Below are positions 18,247 through 27,513 of a stretch of 27,808 nucleotides of DNA, piece by piece. The stretch spans positions 1 through 27,808 of the forward strand of contig JBEHXF010000026.1 in NCBI GenBank assembly GCA_048498835.1, in the 5' to 3' direction. The notes beneath the pieces are model-generated. The model saw nothing but the letters and a program-made list of their open reading frames with translations. It was not told where the DNA came from and made no database searches. Position 1 is the first letter of the stretch, and the number at the start of each line of letters is the position of its first letter. The stretch is from Chlamydiota bacterium (GTDB lineage: Bacteria; Chlamydiota; Chlamydiia; Chlamydiales; SM23-39). The translations under genes were made by a program, and so were the position numbers.

Positions 18247-18929
18247 AATGGTTCGACGCGCTCACACGTGGCAAACAGATTGCTGTCAGCGTCCTCTTTG
18301 CCCACTTCCTTATCCTCGCTGTCCTAGCGGCCGATTCCTGGGTCACTTCTAAACCGATCCAACATAAAAAGATCGCTGTTAAAACTGTCCGCTTTGCCTC
18401 GCCATCTCCCGCAACAAAAACAATTACAAAGGCATCAACTCCTACTTCGAGCTCAAAAAAGAAAGAAGTCGCATCAAACAAGCCCAGCGCAAAAAAGCAA
18501 TCCAAAGCTCCAGTCAAATCCAACGGTTCTATTGCGACGAAAACACCCACCTCATCACCCAAACAAGAACTCGTTGCAGAAATTGAGCAATGTTTACAGA
18601 CGCTCACCACGATCGAAAAACCTCATTCAAAAACGACTTTAGAAGTTCCAACCTTTAACCAAGTCATTCAGTTCGAAACGGAATCAACAGAGCCAACCCC
18701 AACAGAACAGATCGCCCTCTTTCTTCAAGAACAATTGCAACTGCCCGATTTTGGCGAAGTAAAAGCAGAACTGAAAATCGATCGATTCGGCCACCTCATC
18801 AGTTGCAAAATCGTCGATTCAAAAAGCGTTAAAAATGCAGAATTTCTTAAAAAGCGATTGCCTGAGGTGCAGTTTCCATGTTTAAATGAAACTGCATCAC
18901 TTACGATCGTGTTCCGCAATGAAATTTAA
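18243..18929 (+). CDS. tolA: TolA/TonB-like energy transducer
   Basis: N-terminal TM with Ser/His (SVLFAH), K/S/T/P-rich linker, TonB-C-like end (VKAELKIDRFG...SKS). Lies between tolR and tolB. Confidence 0.72.
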   Translation: MKWFDALTRGKQIAVSVLFAHFLILAVLAADSWVTSKPIQHKKIAVKTVRFASPSPATKTITKASTPTSSSKKKEVASNKPSAKKQSKAPVKSNGSIATKTPTSSPKQELVAEIEQCLQTLTTIEKPHSKTTLEVPTFNQVIQFETESTEPTPTEQIALFLQEQLQLPDFGEVKAELKIDRFGHLISCKIVDSKSVKNAEFLKKRLPEVQFPCLNETASLTIVFRNEI

Positions 18930-20253
18930 AATTCTATTCTTTCTTCTCCCCCTCTTGCTCTCTTCAGAAGAGATCGAAGTTCGTCTTAAAACCGCCGCCG
19001 ATTTAAAGCCGATTTATCTCACTCCTGTGAAGACCGATCCGAGCCAATTCGACTGGCGCTATTTTGAAGATCTTCGCTCCGTATTAGCCTTTGATCTAAA
19101 TCAGGGTGGATTTGCCACAGTTATGTCAGGTCGCGAAGAGTGGGAAAAAACAATCCATTATCCCGATCCTAAACTAGATTTTGATCTTTCAGTCTGGCGG
19201 AGAGAAAAAATCCCCTATGTTCTCACCATTACAGTGATGAAAAATTCGCTTCAAATCACCGCCTTTAATATCGAAAAAGGGACATCCAAACGCTACCCAG
19301 AATTCACTCTTACCGGCAGGCTAGAAACAGATCGAAAACCGCTGCATAAACTCGCCGACCAAATCCACAAAGATCTCTTTGGAGTAGAGGGAATCGCTTC
19401 TCTCAGACTGATCTTTTCGCAAAGATCTCAAGGCTCTGATCGCCACTCCGAAATCTGGATTTCCGACAGTGATGGCGTCAACGCGAGACAGGTGACCAAA
19501 GAGACCACTGATTGCCTCACTCCCGCTTTCTTTCCTCACACGGCAGGAGTGGCAAACCCCACCTTCTTCTACGTCTCATATGGACAGGGACAATCAAAAA
19601 TCTACCGCTCTTCCCTCCTTGCAGAAAAACCAACACCAGTTGTTGAACTACGCGGTAGCCAAGTACTGCCAGCCCTCAATCAAAAAGGGACACAAATGGC
19701 ATTCATCGCTGACGCCGCCGGGCGTCCCGATCTCTTCATCCAAAGTTTTGATGCGGCTGGAATGCCACTAGGAAAATCGCGGCAGCTATTCACGAGCCCA
19801 CGCGCTACACAAGCATCCCCTACTTACAGTCCCGACGGGAAAAAAATCGCCTTTGTTTCTGATAAAGATGGGCCACCACGCATCTATCAAATCGACGTTC
19901 TGTCACCTACAGACACAAAAAAAGTTCGGCCGAAACTTCTCACGACAAGAAATCGCGAAAACACATCCCCTTCGTGGTCGCCCGATGGAAAAAAGTTAGC
20001 CTATAGTGCAAAAATCGATGGCGTTCGACAAATCTGGCTCTATGATTTCGAAACGGAAGAAGAGATCGCCCTCACAACAGGTCCGGAAAATAAAGAAAAT
20101 CCCACTTGGGCACCGGACAGTCTACACATCGTATACAATACCGATAATGAGGAAGATGGAGAATTATTCCTCATTGATTTAAATCGAAAAGAACCGATTC
20201 AAATCAGCAAAGGAACAGGTCAAAAAAGATTTCCGTCGTTTGAAACGCGTTAA
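18919..20253 (+). CDS. tolB: TolB beta-propeller protein
   Basis: Start at ATG 18919 (MKFKILFF signal peptide). PD40 repeats SPTYSPDGKKIAF, SPSWSPDGKKLAY, NPTWAPDS. Confidence 0.93.
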   Translation: MKFKILFFLLPLLLSSEEIEVRLKTAADLKPIYLTPVKTDPSQFDWRYFEDLRSVLAFDLNQGGFATVMSGREEWEKTIHYPDPKLDFDLSVWRREKIPYVLTITVMKNSLQITAFNIEKGTSKRYPEFTLTGRLETDRKPLHKLADQIHKDLFGVEGIASLRLIFSQRSQGSDRHSEIWISDSDGVNARQVTKETTDCLTPAFFPHTAGVANPTFFYVSYGQGQSKIYRSSLLAEKPTPVVELRGSQVLPALNQKGTQMAFIADAAGRPDLFIQSFDAAGMPLGKSRQLFTSPRATQASPTYSPDGKKIAFVSDKDGPPRIYQIDVLSPTDTKKVRPKLLTTRNRENTSPSWSPDGKKLAYSAKIDGVRQIWLYDFETEEEIALTTGPENKENPTWAPDSLHIVYNTDNEEDGELFLIDLNRKEPIQISKGTGQKRFPSFETR

Positions 20254-20288
20254 TGCATTAAATTGGAAGGTAGAAGAGGTAGGATACT

Positions 20289-20966
20289 ATGAGATCGTTC
20301 GTTCATCTTGTCACCATTGCTGTACTTGTTCTCGCCACATCATGCTGTCGCTCGAGTGGACAAACTTGGGAAGATGTTAAAACAGCTGGCCGATACATGT
20401 CTCGCGGCGTTGACGCCGTATGGGGAAAAGATTACGAATCGCGTATGCTCACTTCCGATGAAGAATTCATCGGTCCTTATGACGGAGAGTTCATCCCCCT
20501 CAGTGATGCCGATCTGAAAAATGCGCTCGCTGCTGGAGACACAGCTTATCCTCAACCAAAAGGAATCCCCGGACAAAAAGGGATCCCAACTCTCGATCGT
20601 TTTTACAATCCCCCCGAAACCATCCGCGATCTTTTTCAATCGCTACACTTTGAAACAGATGAATATGTTCTTCGAGATAAAGCGAGTCTTGAAGCTGTTT
20701 CTCAACTCGCCGCTTACCTCAAACAAAATCCAAACGTTCTGATCGTCGTTTCGGGTCACTGCGATGAGCGAGCATCCGCCAGCTACAACATGGCACTTGG
20801 AATTCGCAGAGCAAATTATGTACGCGGTCTTCTGGTAAAACATGGGGTCGATCTCAACCGTCTCTATACTGTTTCACGCGGGAAAGAAGATCCGATTGCC
20901 ACAGGACATACACCCGACGATTGGAAAGTCAATCGCCGTGCAGAATTTAAAATCTACGAACGATGA
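20289..20966 (+). CDS. pal: Peptidoglycan-associated lipoprotein (OmpA-C domain)
   Basis: Lipobox ATSC; GHCDERASASYNMALGIRRA, SRGKEDP and NRRAEF motifs. Confidence 0.93.
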   Translation: MRSFVHLVTIAVLVLATSCCRSSGQTWEDVKTAGRYMSRGVDAVWGKDYESRMLTSDEEFIGPYDGEFIPLSDADLKNALAAGDTAYPQPKGIPGQKGIPTLDRFYNPPETIRDLFQSLHFETDEYVLRDKASLEAVSQLAAYLKQNPNVLIVVSGHCDERASASYNMALGIRRANYVRGLLVKHGVDLNRLYTVSRGKEDPIATGHTPDDWKVNRRAEFKIYER

Positions 20967-21613
20967 AAGCACCTGCCCTAGCGCTACTCCTAATTGCATC
21001 GGCTTGCTCTCCTGCTAAGAGCTCGCCAAACGATGAGAAGCACCAACTCGAGCTCACGCTCCACGCAGTGCAAACAAATCTCGATGATCTACGGCACGAT
21101 ATCAATTGCTTTCAAACAGAACTTCAAATCTTGGATGGGCGGATCAAATACAATGAAAACGCCCTCGCCGCACTAAAAACGCAAGATTTGGAAAAACAAC
21201 AAGCGCGCCTCGAACAGCTCAATCAGCAAATCCAATCATTTGAAAAACGATGGTTGGCTCATGAAAAAAGCCGTGATCACGCCTCTTCTGAACTCAATCA
21301 CTTAACCGCTCACGCGCAAGAAACCAGCGCAGCTCTCTCCCAATTCAAACAGCGGATTGAAGAACTAGAAGATCAACTTGTCTCAGGTCAGCGCCGTTTT
21401 GAAGAACTCGGTAAGTTGAAAGGAAACATTGAGAATCTAGCCAAATCGCTACGAAATTCTGAATCGTTTAAAATCTATAAAGTAAAAGCGGGCGATTCTT
21501 TAGAAAAAATCGCAAAAGCCCATCGAACTGCCGTCGAAAAAATCAAACGGCTCAACAACCTCGAACAAGATCTCATCGTTGTAGGACAAGAGCTGAAAAT
21601 TCCCGCTGAGTAA
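20963..21613 (+). CDS. Coiled-coil + C-terminal LysM lipoprotein
   Basis: Lipobox ASAC; long heptad region; LysM YKVKAGDSLEKIAK...NNL..DLIVVGQELKIP. Overlaps pal by 4 nt. Confidence 0.9.
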   Translation: MKAPALALLLIASACSPAKSSPNDEKHQLELTLHAVQTNLDDLRHDINCFQTELQILDGRIKYNENALAALKTQDLEKQQARLEQLNQQIQSFEKRWLAHEKSRDHASSELNHLTAHAQETSAALSQFKQRIEELEDQLVSGQRRFEELGKLKGNIENLAKSLRNSESFKIYKVKAGDSLEKIAKAHRTAVEKIKRLNNLEQDLIVVGQELKIPAE

Positions 21614-21617
21614 GCCT

Positions 21618-22409
21618 GTGAGCGAACAACCGATCGGCCTTTTCGATTCTGGAATGGGCGGTCTCACAGTCATGCGAGAATTCGCCGAACTTCTCCCCAA
21701 CGAAAACCTTCTCTACCTCGGTGACACGGCACGTCTCCCTTACGGCAATAAATCACCCGATGCGATTCGCCGATTTACCCTCGATAACGCCTCTTTTCTT
21801 CTCAAACACAACATCAAACTTCTGATCGTTGCCTGCCATACAGCTTGCGCACATGCCTACGATATTCTCCAAGCCTCACTCCCCATTCCCGTCCTTGGCG
21901 TGACACAGCCCGGCTACCAACAACTCCTCGCCGCTACGCAATCAAAACGTGTTGCCGTTCTCGGGACCACCAGCACAATCCAATCGGGTGTTTTTCAAAC
22001 TCTTCTTCGAGCTCACTCTCCTACCATCGAAATCTTTCCCGTTGCTTGCCCTCTCTTTGTTCCCCTGGTTGAAGATGGTCTTCAAGATCATCCAGCCGCT
22101 CACCTTCTAGCAGAACATTACCTCGCTCCTCTCCGCTCTCAACAAATCGATAGCGCCTTGCTCGCCTGCACCCACTATCCCCTTCTTCGCAACGCCATTC
22201 AAAAGGCGCTTGGCCCCACCGTTCAGCTCATTGAACCGGCCCGCTCTTGCGCTCGGCAAGCTAAAGAACTTCTCATCACAAAAAATTTACTCAATACCAA
22301 TTCCACACCCTACTACCGTTTCTACGCCTCGGATGATCCTGAAAAATTCCGACATCTCGCTAAAATCTTTTTTCCTCGCCCAATTAATCACGTCTCATTA
22401 AGATGCTGA
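21618..22409 (+). CDS. murI: Glutamate racemase
   Basis: FDSGMGGLTV, PYGNKS, catalytic VACHTA and LACTHYP; GTG start. Confidence 0.95.
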   Translation: MSEQPIGLFDSGMGGLTVMREFAELLPNENLLYLGDTARLPYGNKSPDAIRRFTLDNASFLLKHNIKLLIVACHTACAHAYDILQASLPIPVLGVTQPGYQQLLAATQSKRVAVLGTTSTIQSGVFQTLLRAHSPTIEIFPVACPLFVPLVEDGLQDHPAAHLLAEHYLAPLRSQQIDSALLACTHYPLLRNAIQKALGPTVQLIEPARSCARQAKELLITKNLLNTNSTPYYRFYASDDPEKFRHLAKIFFPRPINHVSLRC

Positions 22410-22480
22410 ACAATTTCTTGTGAAAAATAAGATTATATGAAAGTATTTAGCGAACCCGCTCCTATGATTAAGAGGTAGAA

Positions 22481-23188
22481 ATGACTCAGAAAAAGCGTAT
22501 CTTACTAATTGAAGATGAAGAAGATATTGCCGCTCTCATCAAACTCCAGGCAGAACTCTCAGGCTACAAACTCCATATCGAAGTCGATGGCATCAATGGC
22601 TACCGCGTCATCGAACGGGAAAAACCGGACCTCGTCATACTCGACATCATGCTTCCCGGCGAAAATGGTCTCGATATCTGCCGAAAAATGAAAGGCAATC
22701 CCGAACTGAAAAACATTCCCGTCATTATCCTCTCCGCAAAAGGGGAAGAGCTCGATGTGGTTCTCGGACTCGAACTCGGCGCCGACGACTATGTTCCCAA
22801 ACCGTTCTCTCCTAAAGTTCTCTTCTCACGCGCTAAAGCAGTTCTTCGCCGTGGCAAAGAACCAGAAAAAGTAGCAAAAGTGGTAAGATACGGCGAATTC
22901 ACCCTAGAAATTGACCGCTACATTCTCCGCAAAGGGGATAAGATGATCCCACTCACCCTCTCAGAATTTGGCATCCTCCGCCGACTCGTCACCAATCGAG
23001 GCAAAGTTCTCACTCGCAACCAGCTCCTCGACGATATCAACAACGACGACGCCTTCATTGTCGATCGCAATATCGACGTTCACATCGCGTCTCTTCGTAA
23101 AAAACTCGGACCTACCTTCGACTGGATCGAAACAGTCCGCGGCGTAGGCTACCGCTTCCGCGAAGAAAATGCTCTCGCAGAGCGGTAA
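22481..23188 (+). CDS. OmpR/PhoB-family DNA-binding response regulator
   Basis: IEDE, LDIMLPG (phospho-Asp), GADDYVPKPF, winged helix DVHIASLRKKL...ETVRGVGYRF. Confidence 0.95.
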   Translation: MTQKKRILLIEDEEDIAALIKLQAELSGYKLHIEVDGINGYRVIEREKPDLVILDIMLPGENGLDICRKMKGNPELKNIPVIILSAKGEELDVVLGLELGADDYVPKPFSPKVLFSRAKAVLRRGKEPEKVAKVVRYGEFTLEIDRYILRKGDKMIPLTLSEFGILRRLVTNRGKVLTRNQLLDDINNDDAFIVDRNIDVHIASLRKKLGPTFDWIETVRGVGYRFREENALAER

Positions 23189-23201
23189 TCGCACTCTTTA
23201 C

Positions 23202-23221
23202 AGGGGCCACGCTCGGCCCCT
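23202..23221. terminator. GC-rich hairpin between convergent genes, possible terminator
   Basis: AGGGGCC-ACGCTC-GGCCCCT 7-bp stem between the stops at 23188 and 23220. No clean U-tract. Confidence 0.4.
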
Positions 23222-24422
23222 AATTTAAAAATCGATGATGGACGAGAAGGTACTTCACTCCCTCCATCTTCAACTGACACTGACGACTAAAATCCACATA
23301 ATCTTTTAGCAATTCGTCTGTAACAGGATCATCCTCGCTTTGCCGCATTTCTCCATCTAAAAATTGGGTAACCATCACTTGCAAATCGGGATCTTTTGCA
23401 ATTTTCGAATTGAGAGATAGTTGCATGGCTCGCAAGATATTTTGTGGAGTATAAATTTTATCAAAGGTATCCAGAAATTCCTTTCTCGTTGAATGCTCTT
23501 TAGTCCTAGAGCCATCTTTGAACCTAGCTCCAGCAGCTCCTATATTTGCATCTTGAAAATGAATGGGAGAGCAGTTTAAGCCAAGCTCCTCGCCAACCAC
23601 CATTCTTATTCTATTCAACGTATGAGAACTCTGTCTTGTTGCAGTATAAAAAGCTAAAAAGAGATCTTCTTTCACCACTTGCAACAATTGAAGGATAATT
23701 TCATCCAGAGTATCAATTTGACCCCTGACTTTTTTGCAGGCCTTTTCTACCGGCGTGTGCCTGCCTGGGGTGCAATGAAGTCCCGCTCGAACAAGATCCT
23801 CGAATACCTCTCTAACCATAACTAACGAAGTTTCCGGCTTGCGAAATGCTAACAAAATTTGCTTGATTAAAGGTTTAATATTTTCCTCTTCTTTTTTATA
23901 TCCTCCATAATTATTGGTGTAAGTTACATAACTCGTCTCTAAAGTCTCTCGCGCCTCTTTCACTGAAACAGGTCCATCTTCATCTACACAAAACTCATCT
24001 TCTTCACTTAAAGAATGAGTGCATGCATTAAAATGAGCTAAAAGTTCTAGATAATCGATGGGGGGCTGCGCATTGCTTATAGCCTGCTCAATAACAGGTA
24101 AGTCTATGGGCTTAGGAGCGTCATTGATCCTTAACTTATTTACTTTTAACCCTCTGCATATCTCAGCACTGGGTTCTTCCGATAAAACATCCACCGTCTT
24201 CCTCTGACTCGCAGAAATAACCGTAGGAAGAGCGGGAGAAAAGCAAGTACAGCCGAAGAACTTTTGAAACATCTCCGCGCATTGAAGGAAAAAACCACTC
24301 ACTGCATTCCAGACATCTTCTGCTATGTATCTAAGGCCTTCACAGACATCACTTGTAAAATCCAAGATCTCTGTGAAGCAAGAAGTTACGGCGCGGTTAG
24401 CTAGGATCATGATTCCTCCCAT
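23220..24422 (-). CDS. Hypothetical protein (candidate host-directed effector)
   Basis: 400-aa ORF, visibly AT-richer than its neighbours, opposite strand, no Sec signal, mostly helical-looking. Start may be 24422 or the Met four codons downstream. Confidence 0.8.
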   Translation of the reverse strand: MGGIMILANRAVTSCFTEILDFTSDVCEGLRYIAEDVWNAVSGFFLQCAEMFQKFFGCTCFSPALPTVISASQRKTVDVLSEEPSAEICRGLKVNKLRINDAPKPIDLPVIEQAISNAQPPIDYLELLAHFNACTHSLSEEDEFCVDEDGPVSVKEARETLETSYVTYTNNYGGYKKEEENIKPLIKQILLAFRKPETSLVMVREVFEDLVRAGLHCTPGRHTPVEKACKKVRGQIDTLDEIILQLLQVVKEDLFLAFYTATRQSSHTLNRIRMVVGEELGLNCSPIHFQDANIGAAGARFKDGSRTKEHSTRKEFLDTFDKIYTPQNILRAMQLSLNSKIAKDPDLQVMVTQFLDGEMRQSEDDPVTDELLKDYVDFSRQCQLKMEGVKYLLVHHRFLN

Positions 24423-24559
24423 CGAGAATTAAAAAGGCGAACATCATCGCTCTAACAGCTTGTACAAGTCAAGTCCTAGACAAGAATACTCTTAGAGAGT
24501 TATGGAACAGATAGGCGTGGAAAGTTAGACTATCTCGTTTTTCTGGATGGAGAGATGCA

Positions 24560-24988
24560 ATGATGAAATCGGTGTTTTTTCTTTTTATAACCCTCTGCAG
24601 CTGTGCGACCAATGCGGGCACGGGAGTGTTAGCAGGCGGAATGATCGGCGCGGGGGCCGGATCGCTTGTCACGGGCGGTGGCGCATGGATCGGCGGACCG
24701 ATCGGCGTAGTCAGCGGCGCAATCATGGGATACGTTCTCGATGAACAAGATCGCAAAGTGATGGAACGGGCGAGCCCTAGAACCGTCGATCGAATGGATC
24801 GAGCCGAACCGCTCACTATCAATGATGTCATTAAACTCAGCCAAAACGGAGTGAGCGACGATGCCATTATCCGTTACATGCAAGATACAAATAGCACTTA
24901 CAATTTAAGCCAAGCGCAAATGAGACGTCTACAAGATGCCGGAGTGAATCAAACAGTCATCAACTACATGATCGATTCAGGGCGATGA
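24560..24988 (+). CDS. Glycine-zipper lipoprotein
   Basis: Lipobox LCSC followed by GTGVLAGGMIGAGAGSLVTGGGAWIGGPIGVVSGAIMG, then a small helical domain with an internal duplication (KLSQNGVSDDAIIRYM / RLQDAGVNQTVINYM). Confidence 0.85.
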   Translation: MMKSVFFLFITLCSCATNAGTGVLAGGMIGAGAGSLVTGGGAWIGGPIGVVSGAIMGYVLDEQDRKVMERASPRTVDRMDRAEPLTINDVIKLSQNGVSDDAIIRYMQDTNSTYNLSQAQMRRLQDAGVNQTVINYMIDSGR

Positions 24989-25071
24989 GAACAGAACATT
25001 CCGCTGCTGCAAAAACTTTATTGCTTTTAAAAGAAAAAGAGCATAAACGGTATAGGCAGAACGGTGATGCC

Positions 25072-26130
25072 ATGTCCACACAGCTAGACAGCGAAAAGAA
25101 CTTCCATTTTGATAGCGATTTCTTCCAACAAAAACTCCCCCACCACTATCGGAATATTTTAGCCGAATTTCAAAAGATCTCCCGCTCCTTTGTCCTATTC
25201 AACATTCTTTTTATCGCCACTCTTGCGCTAGAAGTCGCCACATTTTTTCTTTTTCTCCCCCTCTTTAGCCAATCCTCTCTTCTCGCACTGGCTCTCGGAG
25301 CTCTCTTTTTGACTCTCTTTTCCTATCTCGTTTTACTCTTCTACAATCAAGCCAAAAAACCAGAGCAACACCGCGCCCTCCTCAACCGTTTTCTCACCTC
25401 GTGCCGCGCTTCAATCGGGTTACCTCCTGGACTCGCTCAACACCACCTCACTATCGCTGAAACGCTGACCAAACTTTCCTCTTATCTCCAAGATTACGAA
25501 TGGAAAATTGGCGCCCTTCCTTCCCTTTTCTCCCCTCTCTCTCGCCTTTTTTCCCGCTTCTCCGCCTATTGCTATTGGCATGATGTTTTTCGCTTTAAGC
25601 AGCTGCTTCTTTATGCAGCGATTGATGAGCATCTAGAGCAAATCCGTTCTACTCCCACCGATCTCGAAGTACATGCCTCGCTCGCCGGCGCCTATGTAGC
25701 CCTTTCCCAAATCTACAAAGAGCCAAAAGAAACCTCCCACCCACGCCAAAGACTCTATCGAAAACAATCAGCTCTATTCGATGAGAAATTCAAAACAGCT
25801 GCTAAACTGGCTCTCGAAGAATTCCAAATTTTGAGTCAATATGCGCCGCAAGATCCCTGGGTTCACGAACAACTCGCCTCCGGGTATCGCGATCTAGAAC
25901 TACATGAAGATGAAATTCGTGAAGTTGAATTTCTTCTCAAACTCAAGTCGAATGACCGAGATATTCTGTTCCGCCTCGGCACCCTCTACTTTCAACAAGG
26001 TCTTAATGCTAAAGGGCTTAAGATCTACGAAGAGCTTAAACAAGCTAACTTCAAACGGGCTGAAGAACTCATTTCGATTTACGGTCGCACAGTCAGCGCT
26101 GAAAATCAAATCACACCAATTGATATCTAA
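25072..26130 (+). CDS. Membrane-anchored TPR-like protein
   Basis: Likely start ATG 25072 (track start 24985 overlaps the previous gene). Two N-terminal TM helices; TPR-like helices (PTDLEVHASLAGAY, PQDPWVHEQLA, DILFRLGTLYFQQG). Confidence 0.8.
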   Translation: MSTQLDSEKNFHFDSDFFQQKLPHHYRNILAEFQKISRSFVLFNILFIATLALEVATFFLFLPLFSQSSLLALALGALFLTLFSYLVLLFYNQAKKPEQHRALLNRFLTSCRASIGLPPGLAQHHLTIAETLTKLSSYLQDYEWKIGALPSLFSPLSRLFSRFSAYCYWHDVFRFKQLLLYAAIDEHLEQIRSTPTDLEVHASLAGAYVALSQIYKEPKETSHPRQRLYRKQSALFDEKFKTAAKLALEEFQILSQYAPQDPWVHEQLASGYRDLELHEDEIREVEFLLKLKSNDRDILFRLGTLYFQQGLNAKGLKIYEELKQANFKRAEELISIYGRTVSAENQITPIDI

Positions 26131-26280
26131 AATTTCTTTTGCTATCTCTAATATTGAAGAAAAAAAGCTCTGTTTTGCGTTTGTTTTAAGGGATTTGCAA
26201 AAAATAGACAAAACCCCCTTTCATAAAAACAGCCGCAGACATAAGCTTATTACCTTCTAAGGGAGGAGTCCTTCACCAGC

Positions 26281-27513
26281 ATGCAAACGGCTTCTAGTCG
26301 TTCGCTTTTTAGTCTCTACGTAGCCTACTTCGCTGACTATTTCAGCTGGGGCGCTGCGATCGCATTTTTAGCTATTTATATTTCCACCGATCAAAGCCCT
26401 TTCCACCAACTTCTATGGGATCGACAACTCTCTCTCGGCATCGCCGTAGCCTGTTTTCCGCTCGGCGAAGTGATCGGCTCGCCCATTCTCGGAGATCTTT
26501 CCGATCTCATCGGTCGCCGCACTGTACTTCTCTGGGGCCTCCTCGGCTCTGTGTTAAGCCTCGGCGTCTGCGTGCTCGGTCTATGGAAAGGTTCATTTAG
26601 CATATTCCTCTTAGGACAATTCCTCGCCGGTTTTTTTGCGGGCAAACAAGCCATGGCGCAAGCCGCGATCGCAGAAATCCACACCGGAACAAAAGGTCAA
26701 AAACTCGCCTTTCTCTCGGTCCTCGGCGGCGTCGCATGGATCTTGGGTCCCTATTTCGGCAACCTCCTACTCGAAGATCGTTTCGTCCAATACGGCGGCT
26801 ACATCTGGCCCAGCGTCCTTGCCAGCGCAGTATTTGGTTCTTCGCTTTTGTGCACCTACTTTTTCTTCCAAGATACCTATCAGCCCAATACCGAAAACTT
26901 CTCCACCTCGAAATTCATGCGGGGAATTGGCCAGCTCTTCTCCGTCGCCTTCCGCGAAAGACTTTTCTTCTTGCTTCTAATGAACCTACTCGGCTGGTAT
27001 CTTCTCGTCTTCTCCCTCTCCTACTACCTCATCGAAGAATTCAATTTAACCGAGAGTCAAGTAACCACTTTCAATAACTATCTTGCCCTTTGCTTCACCA
27101 TCGGAGGGATCCTCGCAACCGTATGGATTCTCCATCGGTTCCGCGCCAGACGAATCCTCTTTTGGACACAGATGGCGGGAGCCTTCGGTCTCTTTTCACT
27201 CTTTGGCTCTGAAAAGATGGCGGAACTCTGGATTTACCTCGCCATCCCAGCTCTGACCGAAGCGGTGATCTACCCCGCCTACCAAACCATTCTCTCCGAC
27301 AACACCAGCACCCAAGCGCAAGGAAAGGTATTCGGCCTAGTTGACGCGAGCAATAGCGCTTGCCAATTCCTCGCCTACGCAATCCTCGGCGCCCTCCCTT
27401 CCGACTTTGTCGGCGGATCGATCCTCTTCGCCGCCATCCTTTTCCTCGCCAGCGCCACCTTCATCCCGCTTGCTATGCGCAAACGTTCCCAGGTCACACC
27501 TACTGGTACTTAA
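26281..27513 (+). CDS. MFS transporter (DHA1/TetA-like)
   Basis: Motif A GDLSDLIGRR; about 12 hydrophobic segments; QGKVFGL; GGAGGAG Shine-Dalgarno upstream. Confidence 0.9.
   Translation: MQTASSRSLFSLYVAYFADYFSWGAAIAFLAIYISTDQSPFHQLLWDRQLSLGIAVACFPLGEVIGSPILGDLSDLIGRRTVLLWGLLGSVLSLGVCVLGLWKGSFSIFLLGQFLAGFFAGKQAMAQAAIAEIHTGTKGQKLAFLSVLGGVAWILGPYFGNLLLEDRFVQYGGYIWPSVLASAVFGSSLLCTYFFFQDTYQPNTENFSTSKFMRGIGQLFSVAFRERLFFLLLMNLLGWYLLVFSLSYYLIEEFNLTESQVTTFNNYLALCFTIGGILATVWILHRFRARRILFWTQMAGAFGLFSLFGSEKMAELWIYLAIPALTEAVIYPAYQTILSDNTSTQAQGKVFGLVDASNSACQFLAYAILGALPSDFVGGSILFAAILFLASATFIPLAMRKRSQVTPTGT

Noticed and set aside
24459..24468. Perfect 10-bp palindrome CTTGTACAAG in a divergent intergenic region
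   Set aside because: Expected by chance in a window this size, and no second copy was noticed.
17116..27513. Strong C-richness of plus-strand genes
   Set aside because: Consistent with ordinary replication-strand skew and codon usage rather than a distinct element.
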